A stretch of DNA of 64,000 nt from Rhynchobatus australiae. Its lineage: Eukaryota. The notes beneath the pieces are model-generated. The model saw nothing but the letters and a program-made list of their open reading frames with translations, ran no database searches and was not told the DNA's origin. Positions 46,336-59,000 of the stretch are shown here, in pieces; positions within the stretch are counted from its first letter, which is position 1, and each line of letters opens with the position of its first letter. Location: the NCBI GenBank assembly GCA_034780895.1, contig JAUZTB010000068.1, forward strand, positions 14,235,140 to 14,299,139, given 5' to 3'. Position numbers and translations under genes: made by a program.

Positions 46336-46939
46336 ATAAGAAAATATGAAAATAACATGAAATGATTTTTCCTACACATTCCAGTTTTTTCCTTAACGAA
46401 TTTAGAGATTATAAATTTAGATGAAGTACCTTCAGTTTTCCAGTCACTAAGATCTGTAATTCCCTCCCTAAACTCCCCACTCTCCAGATCTCTTTCCTGT
46501 AAATCCACCTCATTAGTCAAGCTTTTGATCATCTGCTGCATTACTAATATGTCCTTTTGTGGCTTACTGCCTAAGTTTGTCTGATAATTACACAAGTAAA
46601 CTCCCTTGCACCATTTACTATGTACAATGTGCTTTATACATTTTACAAATAGATGAGTAAACTAATTGTACAGTTCTTCCAAAGAGCAGCATAAACTTGA
46701 TAGATTAGCTAACTTCCTTCCATAATATGAGATTTTGTACTTAAATGATGGTCCAGATCCAGTTTGAACCCATCAGTTCAAGTTGCGTTGAAATGTTTGA
46801 TAATGATATTGTTTGGACATCAACTTCAAAGTTCATTTTGATAATTTTCAAATGAATTGATAACCAAAGGCGACATACATTTATATAAAGCTTTGAACAA
46901 ACCAAAGCTACTCAGGAAAATGGTTAAGCAATAGCACAA

Positions 46940-47168
46940 ATCATGGTCTACCTTGTTGTGACCTCGCACCTTATTGCACTGCATTTTCTCTGTAGCTGTG
47001 ACACTTTACTCTGTATTGTTATTGTTTTTACCTGTACTTCATCAATGCACTCTGTACTGACTCAATGTATCTGCACTGTGTAATGAATTGATCTGTACGA
47101 TCGGTTTGTAAGACAAGCTTTTCACTGTACCTCAGTACAAATGGCGATAATAAACCAATACCAATACC
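46940..47168 (+). mobile_element. Rex1-type 3' UTR/tail fragment
   Basis: tgcattttctctgtagctgtgacact..aagcttttcactgtacctc..aataaaccaataccaatacc is the reverse complement of the 21552-21760 tail. Confidence 0.75.
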
Positions 47169-50100
47169 ATATTGCACAGGTGACTGAAAGAAATAGGTTT
47201 TAAAGAATATTTTGAGGGATCAAAGAGTGGTGAAGGGGCAGAGAGCTTTAAGAGCTTTTGAGCGAGGCAGCAAAAGAATCCCAGAGACTGAATGTCTTTA
47301 CTACCTCGAGCAATCCTCTAGGTTTCTTTACCTGAGGCAGGTTCCTGAACTTTGTGATGGCTGACGCAGGAGAACTGGAGATGAGTGCCTTTGGCATGGC
47401 TCACCCAGGACATCTCATCAGTTATGGAAGAGCTGAAATAACTGCTTTCATTAGAATTGAGGGAAAAGGNNNNNNNNNNNNNNNNNNNNNNNNNTATCCC
47501 TGCAAAATCCACTTCTCACCTCCAGTCCCCTAACTCCTAAGAGCTTTACAGGTGTCTAATTCTAATCAATACATATTCCTGGTTAAAAGGAGCACAACTG
47601 CAGGCTTACGTTCTGGAGCGTGAGCTGCTTTCTGTCCATCCCAGTCAGATAGTTGAGCTCGGCTGCTGATCCTTCTTTGGGAGGTAGGGGGAAGGAATGA
47701 CATTCAAGACACCAGCCTTCCTTCCAGCTGCCAGTGCAGCCACTTCCTCATTGGTGAGCCCATGCAGTCGCAATTATGTCATTTGATTTCAGAGTAATGA
47801 GTATCAGTTGAAACTAAGTTAAAGAAACAATAGGACACTGGTTCAGTGACAGGGATATTATATCTCTGTGTTTGTCACAGTGTTTGCACTCATTCTGTTT
47901 GAGATAGGCTATGTCATTTCTGGTAAAAGTCATCCAGAAACTCAGTCAGAGCTCCCCTTCTTCTCCCATCTACTCCATTTGCTCTCCAGGTCCATCTTCC
48001 CATCTTCACCTTTCTTAACTTTCAGCTCATCCAAAACTCCACTGTCAAGATAAAATTCGCAGTATCTCATTTACCCATTGCCCTTTGAGACTCTACATTG
48101 GCTCTGGATCTGGTAAAAACTTCCATTTTAAAATTCTCATCCTTGTTTTCAAAGGCTTCCATGGCCTCAATCCCATTTCCAGCCCTAGAACCCTCTGAAT
48201 CTCTATGCTCCTCCAACATTGAACTAGGCCCTAAACCTTAGGCCCAGGAATTTTCCTCCATTAAGCCGATACATTAAGCAGATAGTTTTCCTGTGGTTCT
48301 GGAGAGGGCTCAGCATCAGTCAAATTAATGCCAGAAAGAGGATATGACGAAGAGTAGTCCTTGCCTTAATGAGCTGTTTCTCTTTAGGTTCTACAATTCT
48401 TCCACTAACACTATGATATGACAAATGGATAACTTCTGTAGAATTTCTGGGGCAGTCTCTCCAAGAGTCGCCCCCTATGGTTGATGTTCTCTCCATGCAA
48501 CAAAATTCTCTTCCCATGCAGACACCATATCTTAGTGCACTTCACCTCTTTTCCATGCAGTGCAGTGCATTAGTGGGGCTGTATCAGAGAGCGGAGTGTG
48601 TGCATCTTTGGGGCCCTGACTCAATGGGAAGGGAAAAATTTTCTTTACCATGCTACAACATAATGCTGTGATGGCATTCTCAAGCAGCAAATGGTAAGAC
48701 ATTAGTAATAATAAGTAGAGCATTATGCAAAATCACTCTGCTCTCGAAGGAATATCCCCAACCACCATCTCCATGTCCATTCCACCCTGCAGTGATTCCC
48801 AAGTTGCCATCCTAGTGTCAGTGAGGGGGAAATTGTGCCAATAGTTGGAGCTATAGGGAGCTCCTGGCAAATTTATTTCACACTGCTCTCTCAAAACCAG
48901 CAGAGAAGCTAAACATTCTCCATGAATTGACTATCATCCACTTTCTTCATCATAGAATCAAGAGGAGGACATTCAGCCCCTCAACCCTGTCCCACAATAT
49001 CCCAATGTCCCAAATACAGAGGCTGATCTTTGTCTTGACTCCAGCAATTAAACTTATTATTCCCTCCACGGGTCATGTCTGACCTGCTATTGATGGTTTT
49101 TTGAGTTAGGTTCCACATTCTGTTGAAAATTTACTGCTTAACAACCTCTCTGTCCCAGAAAAGCTCATTTTAGATGTATAGATTGTTATACTCTCAAATA
49201 AATATTTTGTAATTTCATATCTGATTAAAATAATTAAAAAGTAAGCTTTATTTTACAACTTCCATTTTAACCTTATGTATATATACCAATTTTATTCCAT
49301 CCTCTGCATAATGTTAAAACTTTTTTGTCCAGTTTTTAACTTCCTTTGATATGTTTGAATGTTCATCCAGCCCGATGACATCACTATTGCTGGATGCCAG
49401 GGATCCCCATTGGACTGATGCCTGATGACAAGAATGGTACAGTCCTTACTGTCGAGAGTGACAGAGATCCTTGGACAGTTTTCTTCAAGGTAGGTGAAGA
49501 GTTTTGGAGTTTTGTGAAACCTTCTTGTTCTGGAGTCTCTCATCAGAGGAAGCCATTTCTGTGCATCCATCCAATCAGCTACTTTGATCATATTAAACAC
49601 CGGACCCAGAACACTGCTTGGTCTACTGCACTCAAGGGAAGGCGGGCATGGTCTGTGCAAAGTCTTCTCCTTATTTAACACTTTTAGCTCTGGTATCATA
49701 TCAACAACAAAAATGTCTGTAAAATTGGTTCAGGAGTTTCATTACTGCACATTTTTTTTGGTAAGGTAAACATTATTATTAGACAGCTGTTTAAACACTC
49801 CAGAACTTTCCAGAAAAAACATAACATGACACTTATCCGGCCAACTGACATGAAAATCAAGGAACTTACTTTTCATGGCCGTGGAATGTTAAAAATTTAC
49901 ACCCACCCAGGCTCACTCTGTTAGCACAGCTCTGAATGAAACTTATGCTAACTTTATAGGCATAATGTTGGAGAAATTCCTACCTTTGGTCAGGATTCAT
50001 TGGTCAAGTCATTGTCCCTCCTTCATTTCACAGCACTGCTCGGGGATTATGTGGGGATTGAGCACACTTAGCCCATGTGTGAAAGTACAGAGTACATTGA

Positions 50101-53100
50101 ACAGCAGAGAGCTGACTGTATAGAGGGGTGAAGTTTGTACTGCGTGGTCATGTTGTGACTCCAGTCATGTCCATGACCCAGTGATAGCAAAGGTCCTGGG
50201 TGTGGGTAGGTAGAGCACAACAAGTAGTTATAAGGAAGGAATAGATTTATATTTCTGTGTAGTCCCTTACACAACCTCAGGACATCCTAAACCTGTGATC
50301 ACTGTTATCACTTGGAAGCAATTTCTCCACAGCAAGTTCTGATTAATGATAATAAACAACTTGATAAGCTGCTTTCAGTAATGTTGATGATATTGATCGT
50401 TATGGATATTCTGTCTTTTCAAAGACTCCCAGGACAGGTATATGCAGAGCAAATTTCCATCTACATTGTCCTGTTAACCATTCTGAGAAGACGGAGCATG
50501 GTTCGATACGAATAAAACTTCCTCTATATTGTTCTTTCAAAAACTCCTTTGGCAGTATTCCACAGTTAGAAACAAAACAAATCTCATTTTGCACCGGGTG
50601 CTCCCAGGACATGTATTGGACAGGTTAGATGCAGAGTATGAATTTTTTAATACTGGCCCAACCAACACTTCTGGTTTAACGACATCATTGCTTAGATCAG
50701 AGTGAAGCTCCTTCTGTCCTCCCACTCTATGTCCATTGACCTCTTCTCCTCGACAAGTACTGAATTTCCCCTTTTCTAAGTCTGGATCAGCTTGACTATG
50801 AATAGCAACTTGGTGTTGTGCAACAAAATCAGAGAAACTCACACAGATGTCATGGACTGGAAACACCAAAAAAATCCTTGTTGGCCATATCCTTTCCATG
50901 AAAACAGTGACCCATTTAGGGGAGCAAAATAATCAGTAAGGCCAGTGACTTGAGCTCTTATGGAAAAATGGACAGAAATGTGGTTTGCAATCCCTGGAAA
51001 ACTGTAGAACTCCCAGAAACCCATGTATTATAACTGGAATTTGACCAGAAACAACACATTTATTTTAAACAGTGTTAAAATAAATCAGTTTCAAGTACAC
51101 CCTCTCAGCACTGAAGGTCTGAGAGTGACCCAGATATTTAAGCCAATGATAATATATCAAATACTCACAGGGACAGGCCTGTAGGCTGCAATAACAGCCA
51201 TTTCATAAAATAGCTTGATACCTAAATATGGGAACAAGCAGTTACCCTAACACTTTTGTCTGGTAAACTCCTTCATCTTATTCCTCAAAAGAATAGTGGA
51301 ATTAGATGGGATCAGAAATAAGCTCCATGGGTGCACTGTTGGAATGACCTTTAGTCCTGTTTTTTTTAACATTCATTTGAGATTTTTTCCCTCTTGTGAA
51401 TTGACAGAAAGTCTAATGCCTAATCCCAGGCAAGGGGCTGTAATTAAAAAATGAATGGTATTAAATCTGGTTATATTTCGCACAAGTAGGCCTCAGCTGA
51501 CAGCTGCACTGAGAGCCTGTGCGCTCTTTCCTCACACCCAATGTAAGCTCGTACAGAAACAATGAAGCGGGTCATTAAGTGATTCTGCCGCAGAGAGAGG
51601 GAATCAGAGAGAAGGGGGTCATTTTAGAGCAGATGTGTGTGGTTTACACTGCCATGCTTGCCGTGGGCTGCTTTCAGCAGGGTTAAGATGAAGGCAAGGA
51701 ATCTGATGTACTTTATATTTAATTCAAATTCGCAAAAATCATGTGAAGGGTTCATTTCAGCAAATATCACATTCAAGGGAGTCTCCAACTTTTAAGGGAC
51801 CCATCCCATATTTTTCCATTTGCTTAGTTTAGTGCATGTAAATAAGGGTAACATCACTCATGACGTATTTGATCACAAACATGTCATTGTGGGCNNNNNN
51901 NNNNNNNNNNNNNCTGAGTAAGAAGAACTGCAAATACATCATTAGACCTTTTAGAATGCTCCACATTTCCCCCTTGTAATGCTGCGCACCCTGCATATCA
52001 CTGCACTAACATACATTACACTAGCAATGATGAAGGACCAAAATGAATTGTAGCTGCCTGCAGGGCAAAGCCATCGAAGACATTGAGAGGCTGTGTACTC
52101 AGGGAGGTAGGGTGAGTTGCAGTAACTTACTGAGTGAGGTAATTCCAGATGGTGCGCATCCCATGTATGTATACAATTAAACACGGATAAGGAAAGCACA
52201 CGCCATCTAACAATCAACATTTTACTCATTCACCAAGCTGCTTCATGGCATGAAGTCAAAACACTTAAGTATTTTCAGGGCATTGTTAACAAGGTGTTAA
52301 AGGAAGTTTGGCACTGTACAGGGAACTAAGATAATGCTTTTTGATTCCAACTGCCACAGAAGAGGAAACCTCTGTAAACTTAAAGAAAAACCAGAGCATC
52401 CTGATGGAAACCCATGCAATAACTGGGAAAGTGTGCAAACTCCACACAGACAGCACCAGAGTTCAGGATTAAACCTTGACCCTGGGACCTGTGAGGCAGC
52501 AACATTCACTTCTCCATGATGAACACAAGCAGCACAGATACACTAACAAACATTGAAGAGAATTATAATTCCAGTTCATCAGTTGAACTTGAAAATTTGT
52601 AAATGTTGTTAAATAGTTTCATTCTTTTAAAGAGGGAAGCAGTGTCGTATATGTAATGTCACATGAAGCATTTGATCATGTATGCGTAAATATGCATGTA
52701 TGTATGCAGGAAGCCATTTGTGTTTCTCACATATTACTTTGTATGCTCTGTATGTTGCTGCACAAGGATACATACACCATGCATAGAGTCACAGGGATAC
52801 ATACACTACGCTTACAAGCAGGCAGTTGTTAGAGGATTCAAGGGGTCTGATTCATTTACATCTTGAATACTGTTCATCTTTACCTATGCTGCCATAATCC
52901 TTACACTAACTGCTTTAAGAGTTCAATTGTAAACAAAAGACAAAGAGCCAACACATGAATAAGGCTTAGTAGTTGATTTCATAGAAAACAATTAGAAATA
53001 TTTCAGAATTATTATGTCAAAGAGATCATAAGATCTTACAGCACATAAAGAGGGATCCCATGAGCTTCACTTTCCACATTACACTGCCAGCTTTCTTTTC

Positions 53101-54814
53101 CTTCTGAGAGTTAATGTTGAATCTACCTGTTGTCTCCCCTTCATTTGCAGTGTCCCTTCCCATCAGACAACCACTCCCCAGATCCACTTCTTGGGGTCAG
53201 CTTCAGGTCATTCCCAATACCAGACTTGCTCCTTTCCACAACACTTAGGCTGGACACATGAAGTGTAGAAGGCTAAGTACAAGAGCAAAGCAATATAACT
53301 TTAAAATAGGTATCTGCCTTTGCACAGAAAAAGGCTTCATTTATATAGCATCTTTCATAGCTTCAGGATGTCCCAAAAGAATTATACACTACATTCTGAA
53401 ATCTAATAATTTTTGTAATGTAGGGAACCAAGCCACCAATTTTCTAGATAACAAGCTGCTACAGAATGCAGGTAATTTGTTTATAGACATGTCGGTTGAA
53501 TAATAAATATTGTTCCAGAACACTGTGCTTCGAATAACACTGTGGAGTATTTTACATCCACTACGTACTGTGTTATTTGTGTGAAATCATCAGTCAGTGT
53601 CTCAGAAATCTCCAAGCAAGCCAAAGGGTTAATCATATACTTTGCAGCCTGACTCTTTTAGAATATCTTAGAATATTTATGACCATCTGCTATGAACTAT
53701 AATCTTAATATCAATAATCAGTCGATATACAGCAGAGACAGGGCGGATTCCAGCACTCACAAGGACAAAAAGGATGTCATCCAGGGCAGGGCATACCAGT
53801 AGGGGCTGGGAACCCCACATCCACTCCTGCCAATCAAATCTTGATAATAAGCATACATTAGGAATGCTGCTGTTTGACAAGGAACAATTAAGCAGCAAAC
53901 TCCCTTATTCTCACCTTCAAAAACTGCAGTTGCCTAAGGATCCAAATATATTGACCTAAGAGCTTATTGTATCATTCACTTGGGCTGTGGTGAGTATAAT
54001 CTTGGCTTCAAATTTCATCAAAAATATGGGTTGATGCTCCACTGAAGAAGTGTCACACTGGCAAAGGTACTAAGCTGAGAGCTCATTTGTCCTCTCGATG
54101 ATACCATAGTATTTTGAAGAAGGGCAGAGGAGTTCTCCTTGGTGACCTGGAGCAATATTTATTGCATACTTATAAAAAAAATTTTATTATTTGTAATCAG
54201 CTGTGAGAAACCTTATTTTAAATTACCAAAATTAATTTTTTTAATCTATGAAGACAATTTGCTTGTTATATCAGTATACATTTTTCAATTTCTTAGTGAT
54301 TTTTTTTCAAATTACTTTCAAAAGCTGTTAATATGTATCCATTGGTATCCTTGCATCCAAAAGCGCTTGATTGACAGTTTTTCTGAAAGCTTGAGATGTT
54401 ATAGTTGGCTGTATCTTGGCATGGTGGTTACTGCTTCTTGGTGAACCTTGCCAGTTTTTTGTGAGGGGCCATTTTCCAGTGTAGCGGTTTTAGAAACCAC
54501 TGCAGGTGATTGTGTAAACTCAGCGTGCAGAATTTAATTGTGCTGTAGTTGTTTTTGGGATGATTATATGGAATGAACAATGGCAAACAAACAGGCCAGG
54601 CTTCAGTTTGATGCTTCATCAGAAATAAGTACTGATATGTTCACATGCGGGCTGGAGCCCATGACCTTCTATATTAGGAGATAGGTGGTGCTATTGACAG
54701 ATCAAGGGCCATTGGGGTGTGGAAGTGAAAGAGAGGAAGAATCAATCAGGTAACCCTCAAGGTCACCATCTGAGGATATCTGGGAGATGCATGAATGCAG
54801 ACATCTGGTAAAAT

Positions 54815-55160
54815 GAAGATGAAACTTTTACATCCATATAACATAAAGCCACCTTACAATTAATGAAGTTCTTTTGAAGTTTAATTATCGTAGTAACATA
54901 GGAAGCTTGGCAGTCAATTTGCTCACAATAACCTCTCACAAACTCATCTACTTTTAATGGTGTTGTCTGAGGGATAAATGCTTGCCAGGATACTCTGGAT
55001 AACTCCTCAGTTCTTCAAAGTAATGCAGAGGAATCCTTAACATCCAACTGAGAGATCAGGATTAACATCTCATCCAAAACACAGCACTTCCAGCAACACA
55101 GCATATCAGTCTAGATCTTCCTGCAGTGGGACTTGAACCAAGAACATTCTGACTCGGAAG
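54815..55160 (-). mobile_element. Decayed DeuSINE
   Basis: ggcagtcaatttgctcaca..tgttgtctgagggataaatgcttgccaggata..ttaacatctcatccaaaa..gggacttgaacc. A related copy lies at about 53330-53560. Confidence 0.6.
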
Positions 55161-55454
55161 CAGGATTATTACCCAGAATCAAACCTCGTATGTTTGTTTT
55201 GTTTTTATTTGGTGTTCTAATTGTGTTCTTTCCTGTAAAAATTGTGTATAATTTACACTTAATTTATGTTTTTCTTGCGAATGCTGTATATCTAATGGAG
55301 TGTGCCTGTGATGCTGCTGCAAGTAAGTTTTTCATTGCACTTGTGCATATGACAATAAACTCAACCTTGACTTTGTTATGCTATCAAGGTTGAATAGCTA
55401 TTGAGGCAAATTGATATACGCTCCTGTTCCCTCCAATAACACACTTCCAAAGAT

Positions 55455-58400
55455 CCATGTAAATACTGACACACTCCTGGATCTCCCTATAAATATCTCA
55501 GCCTAGGTCCTCAAGCAAGGATTTCTAATCATTAGGCAATCCATGAGGCCATGAGCTTCCAATCTGACTATCATTTTTGCATTATTTTGCCATCGAACAA
55601 AAACAGTTTTGTGCCGTAACAGTGCTGCTTCCCTTTGAACACCTGATGGGACATTTGGATGGTAAATCCCCAGGGGTTTCAGATTTGCATGGAGTACCAT
55701 GGATTGTGTACCAAATTTTTCCGTATACCCACAGAGTAATTCAGTGATGAAAGAGGTCTCTGGGTGTGTCATTACTTTCAAGGGGTCCCAGAGGGAGTAC
55801 GTTAATCACTATGAGTGTATTGATATTTCTAGGGGATCCCTTAGATATACTAGCATTTGCAACTGAACATAGGGGTCCTTGAGGCTCTGTCAGTATTTAC
55901 AAGAATGGAGGACAGGGATTCTCATATATGTTGGTATTTATAGGGAACGCCAATATTTGAAGTGGGTCATTATTTACATGGATCTTTGGGAGTGTGTCAT
56001 TATAAGTATTTATAGGGGGGAGTATCAGAATTTATCAGTATTTAATGTGTTTTCTGTCTCAGTATCCCTGCAGCAATATCTAAAACACAAAATTCCATGT
56101 GAAAGGAGCAGAAACAGTCAATAGTCACTATTTTTCACATTGCTTCAAAACACTGTAGTACAAAGAAAAATAGTTCAAGGCAACTACACACCACAGTAGT
56201 CTGAACCACCAAAAGAAGTGGTGGGAAAAAAAGAATACTCTACAAAAAGTGGATAAAGAACAATCATATCAATATCCAGGTGATATCCTAAATTATAGCT
56301 ATGTGAAGGCAAAATTTGCAGATGAAGCAAAGAGAAGACAGCAGACAGGAATTTCTACAAGAAGCAAACATAATTTGAAATCAAATATGAACTATAACCC
56401 AATTGAAATAAACTACTAAATTAAAATGCTGTAATAGAGCAATAGTAGGTGAACTTCAGTGACTATTCAATCCTCCATAGCCTACCACAGAAAGGAATAA
56501 GGATGAGATTCAATCAACTTTGAGAAACTAAACCAAACATCATGTTGTTAGCTGCAGAAAGTCCTATTAAACAGATGTCAAGAAGCAAAACAACTGGAAT
56601 TTATAGTTTATTGGCAGAGGTATTAAATGCAGTGGAAACAACAGGAGAAAAATGTCCATATAGAGCCTTTCTAAATCCCATGGGAAAAAAAAACTCCCCT
56701 GCATTGACAGAAGCCGTTATAAGTCCTTCATCAGAAACATCAACTGTTTATTTCACTCCGTAGATGCTGCCTGACCTGCTGAGTTCCTTCTGCATTTTGT
56801 GTGTGTTTGCTCCAGATTCTAGCATCTGCAGAATCTCTTGTGTCTCCATTATAATCCCAACCTAGAACAGCAAAGGAGGTGCCATATTACAAAATATCAT
56901 TGTCCAGCAGTAATGAGTGACAGGGAAAAATATATTCCAAGACATTAGAGTGATCACACAGACCTACAGTGGAACATTATTTTTTTGAGGTTGGGAAGGA
57001 ACTCCAAGGAGAGAGAAGCTGTACCGATGCCATCCTGACCACAGGGAAGCTCACTGAAAGCTGAATGGAGCACAACAGAAGATTACTTGTGGCTTTTATT
57101 GACCAAAGATAAAAATATTGTAATCAGTATAATCTAATGATCCACAGATATCAAAGCTATGTTAAAAGAACAGTTGTAAGGATAAGAACAGAGCTCTTGG
57201 CAAGTTTTAAAATTAATCTATTGCACTTATGTGATTTATCAACACTGTGTGACCTGCACACATTGAGAACATCTCCAAAGATGCCAATCAGCAATGCATT
57301 TAAGATCATGTTGCAACAAGTAGGCACCGATTTGCTGATGATCAAACTTGCTGCAGAAGGTGAAAATCAACTGCAAGAGCNNNNNNNNNNNNNNNNNNNN
57401 NNNNNNNNNNNNNNNNNNNNNNNNNNNNNNNNNNNNNNNNNNNNNNNNNNNNNNNNNNNNNNNNNNNNNNNNNNNNNNNNNNNNNNNNNNNNNNNNNNNN
57501 NNNNNNNNNNNNNNNNNNNNNNNNNNNNNNNNNNNNNNNNNNNNNNNNNNNNNNNNNNNNNNNNNNNNNNNNNNNNNNNNNNNNNNNNNNNNTCTGCNNN
57601 NNNNNNNNNNNNNNNNNNNNNNNNNNNNNNNNNNNNNNNNNNNNNNNNNNNNNNNNNNNNNNNNNNNNNNNNNNNNNNNNNNNNNNNNNNNNNNNNNTGT
57701 CAGGGTATCAGTGTCTGTGTGTCAATATTTACAAGGAGTCCCTAGGAGAGTGTCAGCAGTTACAGAGAAACCCTAGGAGTGTGTCAGCATTCACAGGGAG
57801 TCCTGAGAATGCATTATCATTTACAAAATAACAGCTGGAGTAAACGGTAGCAAGGACCTCCTGCAATGGTATAAACTCACACACCTGGGGATTGATATTG
57901 ACAGGACATTCCCTGCATCAGTGTAGTACACAAATAATAAACATTGTGGAGTGATTAATTCCTGGCTTGAATCAACCCCATTAGTGAGAAATGAGTAAAA
58001 TTGTAAAGATACATGATGAATAAACAGTGAAGAATGACTATATCAGTTTTTGTTTAAATGGAACTTACAAGAGAGTTAATTAATGCAGCTAGATATTTCA
58101 GGGCGATGTTATGTACTGAGCCATACCTGTGCCAGAACTGATAAACCAACTAGCCCAACCTCCCATATGAGTAGGAACCACCAGTAATATAATTAGGGAA
58201 GAAACATCACTGCAATGGAAGGAGAGATATCTGACAAGACAAAACAACCTGAAGGGAAAAGAAGTAACACTTGGCTCAACTGAATTGGGCTTGAAAGGAA
58301 CTTAGAAATGGGAGGCAAAATCCTGATAAACGTTAGAAGTGTGTGCAGTCCTCAAAGGTCCAGCAGTGACTAGGTGACATTTGCTGAGAGATTCTTGTTA

Positions 58401-59000
58401 AACAAAATATAATCTGGCAGTATTTTGCCATGGGTTCTGGCATTGTATATGAAAGTTTATAGTGGACTCAGTCATTATGTCAGTAATTGTAAGAGTTTCT
58501 ATGGGTATTGATTGATATTTACTGAAGTTCCCCTGGAAGTCCACCTGTATTTATTCTTTGGAGAGGATTTGTATTTCCAGGAGAATGTCACAACTGTGTC
58601 TGTATTTACAATGGGTCCTCAAGAGTTTGTCAGTACATAGGGGGAGTTTCTAGGAGTGTGTCAGTATTTGCAACTACCATGGAGAATATGATGAAAGGTC
58701 ATTGATCTGAAATGTTAACTCTGTTTCTCTTCCCATAAGTGCTGCCTGACCTGTTGAATATTTCCTTTTTTTCAATTTTTATCCCCAAGGAAGATGTTAG
58801 TTTTTTTACAAGCTGTATCTTACTGACTGTGGCAGGGACTGAAACAATATTTACAGTGGGTTCCTGGGAATAAGCCAATATTTACAGGGGATCCCCAAGA
58901 GGGTGCTAATGATAATATAGGGTCCACCAAGTGAATCAAAATTTATATGCGCTGGTATTTAAAGGTCACCTGTAAATGTGTCAGTTCTCACAGGGAATTT
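55455..59000. repeat. Dispersed degenerate ~32-bp minisatellite (approximate consensus GGAGTGTGTCAGTATTTACAGGGAGTCCCTA)
   Basis: Runs at about 55760-56045, 57698-57825 and 58470-59000. An inverted copy lies at about 55459-55497 (gtaaatactgacacactcc). Confidence 0.7.
56725..56850. repeat. Single arm of the palindromic repeat family
   Basis: agatgctgcctgacctgctgagttcc..tttgctccagattctagcatctgcag..tctcttgtgtctcc. Confidence 0.75.

Noticed and set aside
47770-47783. 14-mer GCAATTATGTCATT shared with the Sox upstream region (13050-13063)
   Set aside because: A single AT-rich 14-mer match is expected by chance in 64 kb.
49394-49496. Plus-strand exon-like segment (GIPIGLMPDDKNG...FFK|GTAGGT)
   Set aside because: Good donor but weak acceptor, no recognisable homology, and it abuts a CR1 fragment.
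55760-59000. CRISPR-like array
   Set aside because: Eukaryotic context, degenerate abutting units with no unique spacers, and no cas genes.
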